Positions 15,046 through 30,452 are shown, numbered from the stretch's first letter. The stretch is DNA of 64,000 nucleotides from Clostridia bacterium (GCA_035381305.1 DAOSYK010000005.1:9534-73533); one strand, 5' to 3'. A program made the numbers and translations. Notes: generated by a model from the letters alone, not told the origin.

Positions 15046-18000
15046 ATGTCTGAAAGTATGCGCAAAATAATGTGCGGAAAGACCGAGAGAGTGACCTTTA
15101 GCAGAATTAAGCACACTTGCGAAATGCCGAATCTGATTGAAGTTCAAAAGAATTCCTACAAAGAGTTTGTTGAAAATGGTATCGAAAAGGTCTTTAACGA
15201 TTTTTCTCCCATTACCGATTACAGCAACAGAATGGAATTGGAGTTTCTGGAGCCCAACCTTGACGGCGTGTGCAAATACACCATCAAGGAGTGCAAGGAG
15301 CGCGACGCGACCTACACCTCTCCTCTTAAGGTCAAGGTTAGATTGACCGTAAAGGACACGGGCAAGATGATAGAGCAGACGGTTTTCATGGGCGATATTC
15401 CCAAGATGACCGAGGAAGGAACGTTTATCATAAACGGAGCGGAAAGGGTAGTCGTTTCCCAACTCGTAAGGAGCCCCGGCGTCTACACCAAGAGCACCGT
15501 TGACAAAAACGAAATAGAGCGTTTCCATACCACCGTTATCCCCAACAGGGGCGCGTGGCTGGAATTTGAACAGGATCCCACGGGCACTCTTAGCGTAAGA
15601 GTTGACAAAACCCGCAAGATGAGCGCGACCGTGCTTTTGAGAGCGCTCGGCTTTGGCACCGATAAGGAACTTTTTGACCTTTTCGACAGCGATCCCATGA
15701 TCGTAGCCACCGCCGCCAAGGACGCAGACATCGACAACGTCAACGCCGCCAAAATCGAACTTTACCGCAAACTGAAACCCGGCGAAGTTCCCACCCAGAG
15801 CGGTGTGGACGCTTTGCTTCACAACATATTCTTCGAGCCCAGAAGGTACGACATAAGCCATGTTGGCAGATACAAATTCAACAAGAAGTTAAGTCTTGCC
15901 AACCGCATCGCAAATCTTATTCTCTCCCGTCCCGCTATCGACGAGATGGGCGAAATAATTGCCGACGTTGACGACCAGCCCATTTCTGCCGAAACGGCAA
16001 AGAAGATTCAGAACGCCGGAATAAACGTCGTTTACTTAAAGTGCAGCGAAGAGTACGCTAAGAAGTTCGGCGAGACCGAAATCAAAATCATCGGCAACAA
16101 CACCGTCGACCTTGCGCAGTACATCGACTGCCCGCCCAAAGACCTCGGCATTACCGAACTTGTCTACTATCCCACCCTCAAGAGCCTTCTTGAGGATTTC
16201 GGAAGCGACATGGAAGCTCTCAAGCAGGCCATCGCCGCCAACAAGGACAAACTGATCTACAAGCACATCACGACCGACGACATCGTCGCCAGCGTAAACT
16301 ACAACATCAACATGAAGTACGGCTTTTGGGAAGTCGACAACATCGACCACCTCGGAAACAGAAGAGTGCGCTCGGTGGGAGAACTTTTGCAGAACTATTT
16401 CCGCATCGGTATGGCGAGACTGGAAAAGAACATCCGCGAAAAGATGGCTACCGTCCAGGACCCCAACGAAATCACGCCCCAGAGTCTCATCAACATCAGA
16501 CCCATAAGCAGTGCGATAAGAGAGTTCTTCGGAAGCAGCCAGCTCTCCCAGTTCATGGACCAGCCCAACCCGATAGCCGAGCTCACGCATAAGCGTAAGC
16601 TCTCCGCCCTCGGACCCGGCGGTCTTAACAGAGAGCGCGCAGGCTTTGAAGTCCGTGACGTTCACTACACACACTACGGCAGAATGTGCCCCATCGAGAC
16701 GCCCGAAGGTCAGAACATCGGTCTTATCACGTCCCTGAGCACATACGCCAAGATAAACGACTACGGCTTTATCGAAACTCCTTACTTCAAGGTCATAAAG
16801 GGTACAGGCATTGTCACCAGCGAGGCGCACTACTTTGACGCCGAAGAAGAGGACAAATACATCATCGCCCAGGCCAACGAGCCCGTTGACGAAAACAACA
16901 AGCTTGTAAACAAGAGAGTTACCTGCCGTTACCGCGACATGATCAGGGAATATCCCGTCGAGGAAATCGAGTACATGGACGTTGACCCCAAACAGCTTGT
17001 TTCGGTTGCGACCAGCCTTATACCCTTCCTTGAAAACGACGACGCAAACCGTGCCCTGATGGGTAGTAACATGCAGCGCCAGGCTGTTCCGCTTTTGAGA
17101 CCCCAGGCGCCTGTGGTTGGTACCGGAATGGAGCACAAAGTCGCCTATGACAGCGGCGTGTGCGTACTCGCCAAGAAAGACGGCGTTGTCAAATACGTCT
17201 GCGCCGACTACATCATAATCACCAACGACGAGGACGGAGAGGACGATATCTACGAACTCCAGAAGTTCAGAAGAAGCAATCAGTGCACTTGCATAAATCA
17301 GAAACCCATCGTCAACACGGGCGACAGGATCAAGGCGGGCGACATCATCGCCGACGGTCCCGCTGTGGACAAAGGCGAACTCGCACTCGGCAGAAACGTG
17401 CTTGTCGGCTTCATGACCTGGGAAGGCTACAACTACGAGGACGCTATCCTTATCAGCGAGGACCTCGTAAAAGACGACACCTTCACCACCATTCACATCG
17501 AGAAATACGAGCTTGAAGCCAGGGACACCAAGCTCGGCAAGGAAATAATCACCAGAGATATTCCCAACGTCAGCGAGGATCTGCTTAAGAACCTTGACGA
17601 AAACGGCATAATCAGGATCGGCGCCGAAGTCAAGAGCGGCGACTACCTCGTAGGCAAAGTTACTCCCAAGGGCGAGACCGAACTTACTCCCGAAGAGAGA
17701 CTCTTAAGAGCGATATTCGGCGAGAAAGCGCGTGACGTCAGAGACGTCAGCTTGAAAGTGCCCCATGGCGAGAGCGGCGTTGTCGTAGACGTAAACGTGT
17801 TCACGAGAGAGGACAAGGACGAACTCGACCCCGGCGTAAACATGCTGGTCAGAGTTTACATCGCTCAGAAGAGAAAGATATCTGTCGGCGACAAGATGGC
17901 GGGACGTCACGGTAACAAGGGCGTTATTAGCAGAGTTCTCCCCAGGGAAGACATGCCCTTCATGGAAGACGGCACTCCGTTGCAGATCGTTCTTAACCCC

Positions 18001-18954
18001 CTCGGCGTTCCTTCCCGTATGAATATCGGACAGGTGCTTGAAGTCCACCTCGGCATGGTTGCCAAGATGCTCGACTGGAAAGTAGCCACCCCCGTATTTG
18101 ACGGCGCAAAGGAAGAGGATATAGTAAAACTTTATAAGGAAAACGGAATAGCTCCGGACGGAAAGTGGCAGCTTTACGACGGACGTACGGGCGAGCCGTT
18201 TGAGCACAAGGTAACAGTAGGTTATATGTACATGCTCAAACTTATCCACCTTGTCGACGACAAGATTCACGCACGTTCGGTAGGTCCCTACAGCCTTGTC
18301 ACACAGCAGCCTCTCGGCGGTAAAGCCCAGTTCGGCGGACAGAGATTCGGCGAAATGGAAGTGTGGGCGCTTGAAGCGTACGGCGCAAGCCATATTCTTC
18401 AGGAAATCCTTACCGTCAAGTCGGACGACGTTGTGGGCAGGAACAAGATATTCCATTCCATAATAAACGCGAGCGTAGCTACCGACCCCGGTATCCCCGA
18501 AGCCTTCCGCGTGTTGCGCAGGGAAATCCAGGCCCTCGGTCTTGACATCAGGCTCAGCGAAAACGGCGAAGAAGTCATCCTTCCCGACAGCTATGAGGAC
18601 GAGAGAGACTACGAGCCCATGCTCAGGAAGGAAGAGCCCTTCAAGGAAATCACGCTTGACACCGACCTCGGCGGTCTTGCCGGATTTGGTTCGATATTCG
18701 ACACCGATGCCGACAAGGTTACCGATGACGACGACGTAGCCGACGACATTATCACCAAAGACGACCATGACCTGTTGAAAGGATTGTTCAACCTTGAAGA
18801 CAGCCTTGACGCCTTTGAGGGAGCAGGGTTGCCGGAAGACGACGCTGACGATGAGCTCAGCCCCGAGCACTTCTCGAGAGAGATGGGGCTTGACAAACTG
18901 GAGGATGACGATATCCTCTCCAAGGCGTTCAGCGATGACGACGACCTAATTTAA
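15046..18954 (+). CDS. rpoB: DNA-directed RNA polymerase beta subunit with long acidic C-terminal tail
   Basis: 1302 aa. [45 protein letters not shown] 132-aa D/E-rich tail follows the conserved end (18556-18951). Confidence 0.97.
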   Translation: MSESMRKIMCGKTERVTFSRIKHTCEMPNLIEVQKNSYKEFVENGIEKVFNDFSPITDYSNRMELEFLEPNLDGVCKYTIKECKERDATYTSPLKVKVRLTVKDTGKMIEQTVFMGDIPKMTEEGTFIINGAERVVVSQLVRSPGVYTKSTVDKNEIERFHTTVIPNRGAWLEFEQDPTGTLSVRVDKTRKMSATVLLRALGFGTDKELFDLFDSDPMIVATAAKDADIDNVNAAKIELYRKLKPGEVPTQSGVDALLHNIFFEPRRYDISHVGRYKFNKKLSLANRIANLILSRPAIDEMGEIIADVDDQPISAETAKKIQNAGINVVYLKCSEEYAKKFGETEIKIIGNNTVDLAQYIDCPPKDLGITELVYYPTLKSLLEDFGSDMEALKQAIAANKDKLIYKHITTDDIVASVNYNINMKYGFWEVDNIDHLGNRRVRSVGELLQNYFRIGMARLEKNIREKMATVQDPNEITPQSLINIRPISSAIREFFGSSQLSQFMDQPNPIAELTHKRKLSALGPGGLNRERAGFEVRDVHYTHYGRMCPIETPEGQNIGLITSLSTYAKINDYGFIETPYFKVIKGTGIVTSEAHYFDAEEEDKYIIAQANEPVDENNKLVNKRVTCRYRDMIREYPVEEIEYMDVDPKQLVSVATSLIPFLENDDANRALMGSNMQRQAVPLLRPQAPVVGTGMEHKVAYDSGVCVLAKKDGVVKYVCADYIIITNDEDGEDDIYELQKFRRSNQCTCINQKPIVNTGDRIKAGDIIADGPAVDKGELALGRNVLVGFMTWEGYNYEDAILISEDLVKDDTFTTIHIEKYELEARDTKLGKEIITRDIPNVSEDLLKNLDENGIIRIGAEVKSGDYLVGKVTPKGETELTPEERLLRAIFGEKARDVRDVSLKVPHGESGVVVDVNVFTREDKDELDPGVNMLVRVYIAQKRKISVGDKMAGRHGNKGVISRVLPREDMPFMEDGTPLQIVLNPLGVPSRMNIGQVLEVHLGMVAKMLDWKVATPVFDGAKEEDIVKLYKENGIAPDGKWQLYDGRTGEPFEHKVTVGYMYMLKLIHLVDDKIHARSVGPYSLVTQQPLGGKAQFGGQRFGEMEVWALEAYGASHILQEILTVKSDDVVGRNKIFHSIINASVATDPGIPEAFRVLRREIQALGLDIRLSENGEEVILPDSYEDERDYEPMLRKEEPFKEITLDTDLGGLAGFGSIFDTDADKVTDDDDVADDIITKDDHDLLKGLFNLEDSLDAFEGAGLPEDDADDELSPEHFSREMGLDKLEDDDILSKAFSDDDDLI

Positions 18955-18973
18955 GTAATGAGGTGAAACTGAC

Positions 18974-22576
<3,603 letters not shown>

Positions 22577-22596
22577 AAACTTATAATTTCGAGAAC

Positions 22597-22633
22597 GGGG
22601 TTATAGGTTGCAAACGGCCTATAGCCCTGTTTT
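22597..22633 (+). terminator. terminator after rpoC
   Basis: ggggttatagg / cctatagccc imperfect stem, 10-nt loop, followed by TGTTTT. Confidence 0.55.
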
Positions 22634-22650
22634 AGTTAAGAGGAAAAAAC

Positions 22651-23823
22651 ATGAAGAGACTATTCACATCAGAAAGCGTAACCGAAGGACATCCCGATAA
22701 AATCTGCGACCGCATAAGCGATTCCATTTTGGACGCCATTCTCGCGCAGGACAAAAACGCACGCGTAGCGTGCGAGTGCTGCTGCACGACAAACTTTTTG
22801 CTTATCATGGGCGAAGTTACCACGACGGCAAAAATCGACGTCGAGAAGATCGCGCGCGATACAATTAAGGATATCGGATACGACAAGGACGAATACGGTT
22901 TCAACTATAAAAATGTGGAAATCAAGGTGACGCTCAACAAGCAGTCTCCCGACATCGCCATGGGCGTGGACGCAAGTCTTGAAGGCAGAAGCACTCAGGA
23001 ATTGCTCGACAAAACCGGCGCGGGCGACCAGGGCATGATGTTCGGCTATGCGACAAACGAGACCGAGCAGTTTATGCCTCTTGCAATTGTCCTTAGCCAC
23101 AAAATCTGCGAGCGTCTCGCCGAAGTCAGAAAGAACGGCACGTTAAGCTACTTAAGGCCCGACGGAAAGGCGCAGGTCACCGTGGAATACGACGATGACG
23201 AAGTCGCGAGAGTGGACACAATCGTCGTCAGCGCACAGCACGACCCCGACGTCGACATCGAAAAAATGCGCCTTGACATAATAGAAAAGGTGGTAAAACC
23301 CGTAGTGGACGAAAACCTCATCGACGAGCACACCAAGTTTTATATCAACCCGACAGGACGCTTTGTCGTGGGCGGACCCATGGGCGACAGCGGGCTTACA
23401 GGCAGAAAAATCATCGTCGACACATACGGCGGATATGCGCCCCACGGCGGAGGTTGCTTCAGCGGCAAAGACCCGACCAAGGTCGACAGGAGCGCGGCGT
23501 ACTATGCAAGATACGCGGCGAAAAACCTTGTCGCAAGCGGAATCTGCTCCAGGTGCCAGATATGCGTAGCTTACGCAATCGGCAAGGCCAATCCCGTCAG
23601 CATCGACGTAAACACATTCGGCACAGGCGTTGTCGACGACGACAGAATTATCGAAATAGTAAAAGACGTCTTCGACTTCCGTCCCCAGGCCATTATCAAC
23701 AACCTTAAACTTACCGAGCCGCAGTACGCGCTCTCGTCCAGTTACGGACATTTCGGAAGGGATACATTCAATTGGGAAAGAATAGATAAGGCGGAGGAGA
23801 TAAGGAGCTGTTTCACGAGATAA
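22651..23823 (+). CDS. metK: S-adenosylmethionine synthase
   Basis: [18 protein letters not shown] and [12 protein letters not shown]. 390 aa. Confidence 0.96.
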   Translation: MKRLFTSESVTEGHPDKICDRISDSILDAILAQDKNARVACECCCTTNFLLIMGEVTTTAKIDVEKIARDTIKDIGYDKDEYGFNYKNVEIKVTLNKQSPDIAMGVDASLEGRSTQELLDKTGAGDQGMMFGYATNETEQFMPLAIVLSHKICERLAEVRKNGTLSYLRPDGKAQVTVEYDDDEVARVDTIVVSAQHDPDVDIEKMRLDIIEKVVKPVVDENLIDEHTKFYINPTGRFVVGGPMGDSGLTGRKIIVDTYGGYAPHGGGCFSGKDPTKVDRSAAYYARYAAKNLVASGICSRCQICVAYAIGKANPVSIDVNTFGTGVVDDDRIIEIVKDVFDFRPQAIINNLKLTEPQYALSSSYGHFGRDTFNWERIDKAEEIRSCFTR

Positions 23824-23889
23824 TGTGGAGATAAGCGGGTTCCAACCGCGTTTTTTCACACTTTATCCGAAAAATAGCCGATAGAAGTA

Positions 23890-26085
23890 ATGACTATTAA
23901 AGGAACAGTCATCGGAATTATTTACGTAAATGAAGAAAACGGTTATTCCGTTATCGAATTCGAAGCCGACAACAGGTACTTTACCGCTGTCGGCATTTTT
24001 CCCATTATAGAAGAAGGAGAAATGCTCGCATTATCGGGGGAATTTAAGGAAAACCCCAAGTTCGGCGAGCAGTTTGTCGTCGAATCGGTGGAATTTATAA
24101 AGCCCGACGACGTCGAGAGCATTAAAAAATATCTCTCGAGCGGCCTTTTTAAGGGTATCGGCGAAAAAATGGCCAACCAAATAGTCAATTATTTCGGGGC
24201 GTACACCTTAGAGGTTATTGAAAACCACCCGCAGGAACTCAAGAAGATAAGCGGAATAGGCGACGTCAAACTTGCCGACATCGTGGAGAGCTACAACCGC
24301 AACCGCGAGATGAAAGAAGTAATCTTCTTCCTTCAGAAGCAGGAAATCTCCATGAATCTTGCTCTGAAAATCTACCGCGTATACGGCGACGTCACCATAA
24401 GCGCGGTAAAGTGCAACCCCTATATCCTCGTGAAGGACATCGAAGGCGTGGGATTCCTGACCGCCGACAAAATCGCCATGAAACTGGGGATTGAGGAAGA
24501 CAGTCCCTTCCGCATACAGGCGGCGATATACCACAGCCTCAGCGAAGCGGCGAGCCGCAGCGGGCATACATGCCTTCCCGTAACAGAACTTATTAAAGAA
24601 ACGGCGTCGCTCCTTAGGACGGTGAACTCCGAAAAAATCTCCGAGTGTCTGCGCGTTACCGAGGGAATAAAGTTCGTCACCGTGGACGATGTGGAAATGG
24701 CGGCTACGCAAATCAATTTCAACACCGAAAAAGCGATAGCGACAAAACTCCTTACTCTCGAATATACTGCGAGAAATTGGGACTTTGACATAGAAAAAGA
24801 GTTGGAGATATACCAGAAGACAAGCGGAATTATGCTTCACGAAAACCAGAAAAACGCCATTCACAGCGTATTTGAAAACGGCGTAAGCATAATTACCGGC
24901 GGCCCCGGCACCGGCAAGACGACGATAATAAAGGGAATAACAAACATACTTAACACCCGAAATCTCAAAGTCGCGCTATGCGCCCCCACAGGGAGAGCGA
25001 GCAAAAGGATGAGCGAAGCCACCCTGATGGAAGCCAAAACAATTCATAGACTGCTGGGGATAGAATACGGCGAGGACGGGATGTTCTGCTACAATTACCA
25101 CAACCCCCTCGAAGCCGACGCGGTTATAGTGGACGAAATCAGCATGGCGGATATATATATCTTCAACGCCCTGCTTAAGGCCATTCCGCAAGGGGCAAGG
25201 TTAATACTTGTGGGCGACAAGGATCAGCTGCCGAGCGTGTCGTGCGGCAATATCTTGAGCGACATAATAAACAGCGGACTTGTAAACGTCGTGTACCTTA
25301 CCGAAATCTACAGGCAGTCCAAAGAGAGCATGATCGTCGTAAACGCTCACAGGATAAACCGCGGCGAAATGCCCATAGTGCAGGGTGCCAAGGATTTCTT
25401 CATCGACAACAAAAACAACAGTTTGGATATCCTAAACTCCATAATCAGTATGACAAAGTCGCGCATCCCGCAATTTCTCAATATAGATCCCAGGGAAATT
25501 CAGGTGCTCGCGCCCGTGAAGAAAGGGCTTATCGGGGTTGAAAATCTCAACGCGGAACTCCAGAAGGCGTTAAATCCCAACGGCAAGGAATACCACTACA
25601 AGGATATAGTTTTCCGCGAGGGCGACAAGGTCATGCAGACCGTCAACAACTACACGACCGAGTGGGTCAGGAACGGTTATATCCATGACAGCGGCAAGGG
25701 CGTTTTCAACGGCGATATAGGTTATGTCACCGAGGTGTATGACGACAAGATAAGAGTGGAGTTTGACGACGGCAAGACCGTCACCTACAAGGACGGCGAT
25801 ATGGACGAACTGGCTTTAGCATACTGCGTCAGCGTCCACAAGTCGCAGGGGAGCGAATTTGACGTCGTCATAATGGTGGTAAGCGGCGGCAACTACATGA
25901 TACTGACAAAGAACTTGCTTTATACCGCCGTAACACGCGCCAAGAAAATGGTGGTCATAGTCGGGAACGAAGAGAACGTAAGGAAAATGATCTCCAACAA
26001 CTACACGGCAAAGAGGTATTCGCTTTTAAAACACTTTATGGTGACAGGAAAAGAAAAGGTGGAAATGTTATGGGGAATAAACTGA
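23890..26085 (+). CDS. recD2: RecD2-type ATP-dependent DNA helicase
   Basis: 731 aa. N-terminal OB-like region, HhH (GIGEKMANQIV), Walker A GGPGTGKTT, VDEISM, and C-terminal SVHKSQGSEF. Confidence 0.88.
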   Translation: MTIKGTVIGIIYVNEENGYSVIEFEADNRYFTAVGIFPIIEEGEMLALSGEFKENPKFGEQFVVESVEFIKPDDVESIKKYLSSGLFKGIGEKMANQIVNYFGAYTLEVIENHPQELKKISGIGDVKLADIVESYNRNREMKEVIFFLQKQEISMNLALKIYRVYGDVTISAVKCNPYILVKDIEGVGFLTADKIAMKLGIEEDSPFRIQAAIYHSLSEAASRSGHTCLPVTELIKETASLLRTVNSEKISECLRVTEGIKFVTVDDVEMAATQINFNTEKAIATKLLTLEYTARNWDFDIEKELEIYQKTSGIMLHENQKNAIHSVFENGVSIITGGPGTGKTTIIKGITNILNTRNLKVALCAPTGRASKRMSEATLMEAKTIHRLLGIEYGEDGMFCYNYHNPLEADAVIVDEISMADIYIFNALLKAIPQGARLILVGDKDQLPSVSCGNILSDIINSGLVNVVYLTEIYRQSKESMIVVNAHRINRGEMPIVQGAKDFFIDNKNNSLDILNSIISMTKSRIPQFLNIDPREIQVLAPVKKGLIGVENLNAELQKALNPNGKEYHYKDIVFREGDKVMQTVNNYTTEWVRNGYIHDSGKGVFNGDIGYVTEVYDDKIRVEFDDGKTVTYKDGDMDELALAYCVSVHKSQGSEFDVVIMVVSGGNYMILTKNLLYTAVTRAKKMVVIVGNEENVRKMISNNYTAKRYSLLKHFMVTGKEKVEMLWGIN

Positions 26086-26732
26086 ACAAATTTTTTGAGA
26101 AAATACTCGACCTCGTTTACCCGAAAGGGCTTACCTGCATAGTGTGCGACAGAGAGCTTGAGGACAGCGAGAGGGGATACGCAACTTGCAAAAAGTGTTT
26201 TGTCACAATGAAAAGGTTTGACGCCGAAAAAAAGTTAAAAAGCGGCGTGACCGTTTACAGCTGTTTTCACTATGAGGACGCGGCAAGGCAGCTGGTGCTC
26301 AGCTACAAGGACAGCGACAAGCCCTTTATCACCGAGTACATGGCAAAGTTTATCAAGGATAAGTACATTGAGAAAAACCTCGTCTGCGACGGGATAGTAT
26401 ACGTGCCGTCCTCGCATGGCAAGATAAACCGCCGCGGGTACGACGCGTTGAAGTTCCTCGCCGACCACCTGTCGAAAGAGCTTAATATACCTGTTATCAC
26501 AGGACTGTTAAAAAGCGAGGACGACGTGGAGCTTACAAAAGTGCCCACGGAGAAGCGCGAAGATTTCGTAAAAGGCAGATTTTACGTAGAGAATAACGAG
26601 CAAATCGAGGGGAAAAGGATACTTCTCATCGACGACGTAATAACGACGGGCGCGACGCTGAACGAGTGCGCGAAAGTGCTACTTGACGCAAAAGCCGCAC
26701 AGATTTCGGCAATTGCGTTTACCGCCGCGTAA
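26070..26732 (+). CDS. comFC: ComF family phosphoribosyltransferase-like protein
   Basis: N-terminal CxxC..CxxC and the PRTase motif ILLIDDVITTGATL. 16-nt overlap with recD2, the usual neighbourhood. Confidence 0.85.
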   Translation: MGNKLNKFFEKILDLVYPKGLTCIVCDRELEDSERGYATCKKCFVTMKRFDAEKKLKSGVTVYSCFHYEDAARQLVLSYKDSDKPFITEYMAKFIKDKYIEKNLVCDGIVYVPSSHGKINRRGYDALKFLADHLSKELNIPVITGLLKSEDDVELTKVPTEKREDFVKGRFYVENNEQIEGKRILLIDDVITTGATLNECAKVLLDAKAAQISAIAFTAA

Positions 26733-26789
26733 GCTGATTTTTTACGTATATTTTTAAGCCAAAAATAAAAAAAATCGTGATTTTCGGTA

Positions 26790-26818
26790 TTGACAAGATT
26801 TTTCATTAATAATATAAT
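26790..26818 (+). promoter_or_regulatory. sigma-A promoter
   Basis: TTGACA (26790-26795), 17-nt spacer, TATAAT (26813-26818). Confidence 0.55.
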
Positions 26819-26853
26819 ATATATTAAATATTTCGGGTGGAAAGGTGATAAAT

Positions 26854-27897
26854 ATGGTACAGAATGAAATTAAGAAAAGACAACCCTTATTGAATAAAGA
26901 AGGCAATATTGCCAACCCCGGTTATGCCAAGACATTACTCTGGGACTATAACCGCGAAAACATCAGTGCGTCCAGAATGCGCATAAAAGAGTGGGACTAC
27001 TATTATATCGGCAACGACGAAGGCGCTATCTGCCTTACCATTTCCGATATGGGGTATGTCGGCGCGCTCAGCGCAACCGTTATGGACTTTCTCGCTCCTT
27101 CCCAGATCACTCAGACCAGCGTTTGCCTGTTCCCCATGGGAAAGATGAAAATGCCGGCGACTTCGGTCGTGGGCGACGCCATCTGGAAAAACAAAGACGG
27201 CGCGGAGATGAATTTCATAAATGACGGCAAGACCCGCCACCTCTACGGCAAATACCCCAAATTCGGGACAAACGGCGAAGGACTAAGCTTCGACATCGTA
27301 CTCAGCAACCCGCCCGCCGAGAGTATGGTAATAGCTACACCTTTCAAGAAGAAAGGGCATTTCTACTACAATCAGAAGATAAACTGCATGAAGGCGAACG
27401 GCATTTATAAGCTCGGCAATAAGGTTTATAAACTCAACGACGCCAACAAGAGCCTCGCGACTCTCGACTGGGGCAGAGGCGTTTGGACGTATGACAACAC
27501 CTGGTACTGGGGCAGCCTGCAGGCGATACTCGACGACGGCTCGACGTTCGGCTGGAACATCGGCTACGGCTTCGGCGACAATGATCAGGCGACCGAGAAC
27601 ATGCTCTTCTACAAGGGCAAGTCCCACAAACTCGACGAAGTGACCTTCAATATCCCCGAAAAGGACGGCCAGTACGACTACATGGCCAAGTGGCTTTTCA
27701 CATCCAACGACGACCGCTTCTATATGGAGTTTACTCCCATTATCGACAGATACGCGCCGTTTGACCTCAAGGTTATATCGATGATTCCTCACCAGGTATT
27801 CGGCCGCTTCACCGGCTACGCGGTGCTCGATGACGGTACAAAGATTGAAGTCAAAGACCTGCTCGGCTTTGCCGAACACGTGCACAACAGATGGTAA
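26854..27897 (+). CDS. conserved hypothetical protein, probably DUF2804 family
   Basis: Long ORF with typical coding composition. The RIKEWDYYYIGNDEGAICLTISDMGYVG pattern recalls DUF2804, from memory only. ATG 26854 is preferred over GTG 26845 on RBS spacing. Confidence 0.5.
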   Translation: MVQNEIKKRQPLLNKEGNIANPGYAKTLLWDYNRENISASRMRIKEWDYYYIGNDEGAICLTISDMGYVGALSATVMDFLAPSQITQTSVCLFPMGKMKMPATSVVGDAIWKNKDGAEMNFINDGKTRHLYGKYPKFGTNGEGLSFDIVLSNPPAESMVIATPFKKKGHFYYNQKINCMKANGIYKLGNKVYKLNDANKSLATLDWGRGVWTYDNTWYWGSLQAILDDGSTFGWNIGYGFGDNDQATENMLFYKGKSHKLDEVTFNIPEKDGQYDYMAKWLFTSNDDRFYMEFTPIIDRYAPFDLKVISMIPHQVFGRFTGYAVLDDGTKIEVKDLLGFAEHVHNRW

Positions 27898-27898
27898 T

Positions 27899-28561
27899 AT
27901 GGTAAACAGCATAATTATCGTTTTGGGACAATATTTAAAGGACGACGGAACTCTCTCTCTGCAATGCAGGGAGAGATGTTTTTATGCTTACACCCTTTAC
28001 GCAAAAGGAAGAGGAAACACATTTCTCCTTTCGGGCGGAACGGTTAACACCAAGGCGGGGATAAGCGAAGCGCAGGCAATGAAAAATTACCTTGTTTCGC
28101 TGGGAGTGGACGAAAGCGCGATAATCACCGAAGACAATTCGCAAAACACCTACGAAAACGCCAAGTTCTGCGCGCAAATTCTCAAGGGTATGGAGTACGA
28201 AAAGCTGATACTTGTATCAAGCAGCTATCATATCTACAGGTGGTACTTTAACCCCGTGCGCTTTTTCAACTGGCTTTTCCACCTGAAAGTCATCCCCAAC
28301 TGCTGCATGGACAGTCTTATTACCCTTGCGGGCGACTTTGACCCCAACCGTCCTTCGGTTTTCGCCCTCGTGGAAAACGATAAAAACCTTCAGGCGTTTA
28401 TGAGCGAAAACCCCGATAAAAACGTCTTTCTTAAAACCGTCAACAGCCCGGTAAAGAAGGGCAGGCGGATGAAGAAGATTAAGGCGGAAGACCTTCCCAT
28501 GCTGGAAGCGCATATAAAAAACCTTTACCGGCTTGACGAGCTGGAAACGATAAAGCTGTGA
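27899..28561 (+). CDS. DUF218 / YdcF-like protein
   Basis: IIIVLGQYLKDDGTLS..LLSGGTVN..SEAQAMKNYLVSLGV..IITEDNSQNTYENA..LVSSSYHIYR. Start is 1 nt after the preceding stop (the track ORF starts earlier, at 27830, inside the previous gene). Confidence 0.75.
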   Translation: MVNSIIIVLGQYLKDDGTLSLQCRERCFYAYTLYAKGRGNTFLLSGGTVNTKAGISEAQAMKNYLVSLGVDESAIITEDNSQNTYENAKFCAQILKGMEYEKLILVSSSYHIYRWYFNPVRFFNWLFHLKVIPNCCMDSLITLAGDFDPNRPSVFALVENDKNLQAFMSENPDKNVFLKTVNSPVKKGRRMKKIKAEDLPMLEAHIKNLYRLDELETIKL

Positions 28562-28569
28562 GAGTGTAA

Positions 28570-29607
28570 ATGCAAAAGATAAAAAAAATTGCTCCAAAAA
28601 AGGTAGAAAACAACGGCTTACCCGCTTATGACGGGAAGTACTGGGCATTCGATAAGGAAAAAGGCAAGGACTTCAAGATCCTTCAGCTTACCGACCTTCA
28701 CTTTGGCTGCGGCATTTTGTGCAGGAAAGCCGATAAGCTCGCCCATAACGCCGTCGTTACACTTGTCGAGCGCACAAAGCCCGACCTCATAGTGCTGACG
28801 GGCGACAATATCTATCCCATTCCTATTTTCAGCGGCTCAAGAAACAACTTAAAACAGAGCAAGTACGTCGCCGACCTTTTCGAGAGCTTTGAAATCCCGT
28901 GGACGACGGTCTTCGGCAATCACGATACCGAGCCGTTTGCCACGCACACCCGCGAGGAACTTTGCGAGTTTTACGCAAGTCAGAAGCACTGTCTGATGAC
29001 GCGCGGCGACGAGAACATTTCGGGCGTGGGAAACCACATTATTAACATAAACGGCGAAGACAAAACGATCATGTCACTTGTAATGCTGGACAGCAATATG
29101 TACCTCGGAAAGTCCTTTTTCAGCACCTTTGACAACATTCACGACGATCAGATAGAGTGGTACAAAAAGAGCATTAAGGAGATAAGCGGCGAGGGGGAGC
29201 TTGTGCCCAGCCTTGCGTTTTTCCATATGCCGCTTGAAGAGTATCGCGACGCGTGGGCAAAGTTAAAGATGGGAAAACTCGACGAAGTGACCTACCACCT
29301 CGGCACCATAAACGAGATTAATGACCATGTGGGCTTCAGCAGGCGAAAAAAAGGCAATTTCTTTGAGGAAATGGTAAAATTCGGCTCGCTTAAGGGCTGT
29401 TTTTGCGGCCACGACCACTTAAACAATATCTCCATGACTTATAAGGGAATACGCCTGACTTACGGCATGGCGGTGGACTTCCTTGCCTACCGCGACATAA
29501 GGAAAAAATACACAAACCGCGGCGGAACGGTAATTCTTGTCAAAGACGACGGAAGCTTTGAGGTAAAACTCGAGCCACTTACCACCCACGTGGAGATTTA
29601 CGAATAA
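28570..29607 (+). CDS. calcineurin-like metallophosphoesterase
   Basis: LQLTDLHFG, LTGDNIY, FGNHD and CGHDH motifs in the canonical order. Confidence 0.85.
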   Translation: MQKIKKIAPKKVENNGLPAYDGKYWAFDKEKGKDFKILQLTDLHFGCGILCRKADKLAHNAVVTLVERTKPDLIVLTGDNIYPIPIFSGSRNNLKQSKYVADLFESFEIPWTTVFGNHDTEPFATHTREELCEFYASQKHCLMTRGDENISGVGNHIININGEDKTIMSLVMLDSNMYLGKSFFSTFDNIHDDQIEWYKKSIKEISGEGELVPSLAFFHMPLEEYRDAWAKLKMGKLDEVTYHLGTINEINDHVGFSRRKKGNFFEEMVKFGSLKGCFCGHDHLNNISMTYKGIRLTYGMAVDFLAYRDIRKKYTNRGGTVILVKDDGSFEVKLEPLTTHVEIYE

Positions 29608-29620
29608 GTTTTTTGGGAAA

Positions 29621-30301
29621 TTAAATAAAAAACATAACCGCCGCGCCTAAAATAGCAGGAATAAGGTCGGCGGTTTTTATTTCCTTGATTTCGAGGAGAT
29701 TTATTCCTATACAGATGACAAGCGCGCCGCCTATGCTCGAAAGCTGGTTCAAAAATGCGGGCGTTGCATACGGCTGAATAAGCCCCGCGAGAAGGGCGAT
29801 TGCGCCTTGAATGACAAATACGGGTATTGCGCTCAGGATTACGCCCCAGCCCATGGTTGCGGCGATGATAAGTGACACCGTACCGTCAAGGGCGGCTTTG
29901 ATGTAGAGGGTCTGATTGTTGCCAAGACCTGCCCGGATGCTGCCGTAGATGACCATTGCGCCCACGCAGAAGATAATAGAGGACGACACAAACGCCTTGC
30001 CTACCTGTCCCGCGTTTTCCGACTTGTCTTTTGTAAGTTTCTTTTCGAGAAACGCGCCGAAACGCTCGATGCTTTCCTGAATGTGCAAAAGCGCGCCGAT
30101 AAGACCGCCGACAACGAGGCTTAAGACAAGCGCGAGGGCGTTTTCGGTCTTGATTGCGTCGAGGATGCCGACGACTATTACGGCAACGCCGAGCGCCTGC
30201 ATGATTACGCGTGAAACATTGGGCTTAAGGACTTTTTTAAGAAGAAGCCCAAGACCCGTTCCAACTATTATCGCCGCTGTGTTTAAAACTACTCCGAGCA
30301 T
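29621..30301 (-). CDS. DUF554 family membrane protein
   Basis: MLGVVLNTAAIIVGTGLGLLLKK plus about 6 TM helices, 226 aa. Confidence 0.75.
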   Translation of the reverse strand: MLGVVLNTAAIIVGTGLGLLLKKVLKPNVSRVIMQALGVAVIVVGILDAIKTENALALVLSLVVGGLIGALLHIQESIERFGAFLEKKLTKDKSENAGQVGKAFVSSSIIFCVGAMVIYGSIRAGLGNNQTLYIKAALDGTVSLIIAATMGWGVILSAIPVFVIQGAIALLAGLIQPYATPAFLNQLSSIGGALVICIGINLLEIKEIKTADLIPAILGAAVMFFI

Positions 30302-30388
30302 TTTTCCCTCGACAAAACATTGTCTTGATTATGGCACACGGAATGTTAAGATGTCAAGCGAACATACTTTACAGAGGGGCAATTTTGC

Positions 30389-30417
30389 TTGCAAAACAGT
30401 TATTATTTTGTTATACT
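30389..30417 (+). promoter_or_regulatory. sigma-A promoter for ABC exporter operon
   Basis: TTGCAA (30389-30394), 17-nt spacer with TGt, TATACT (30412-30417). Confidence 0.5.
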
Positions 30418-30452
30418 CTTGTAATACTTAGATATACTTTTCAAGGGGCAAA

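Noticed and set aside
22577-22650. Possible SAM riboswitch (S-box) upstream of metK.
   Set aside because: Only 74 nt separate rpoC and metK, and most of that is the rpoC terminator hairpin. This is too short for a SAM-I element, and I could not see its conserved helices.
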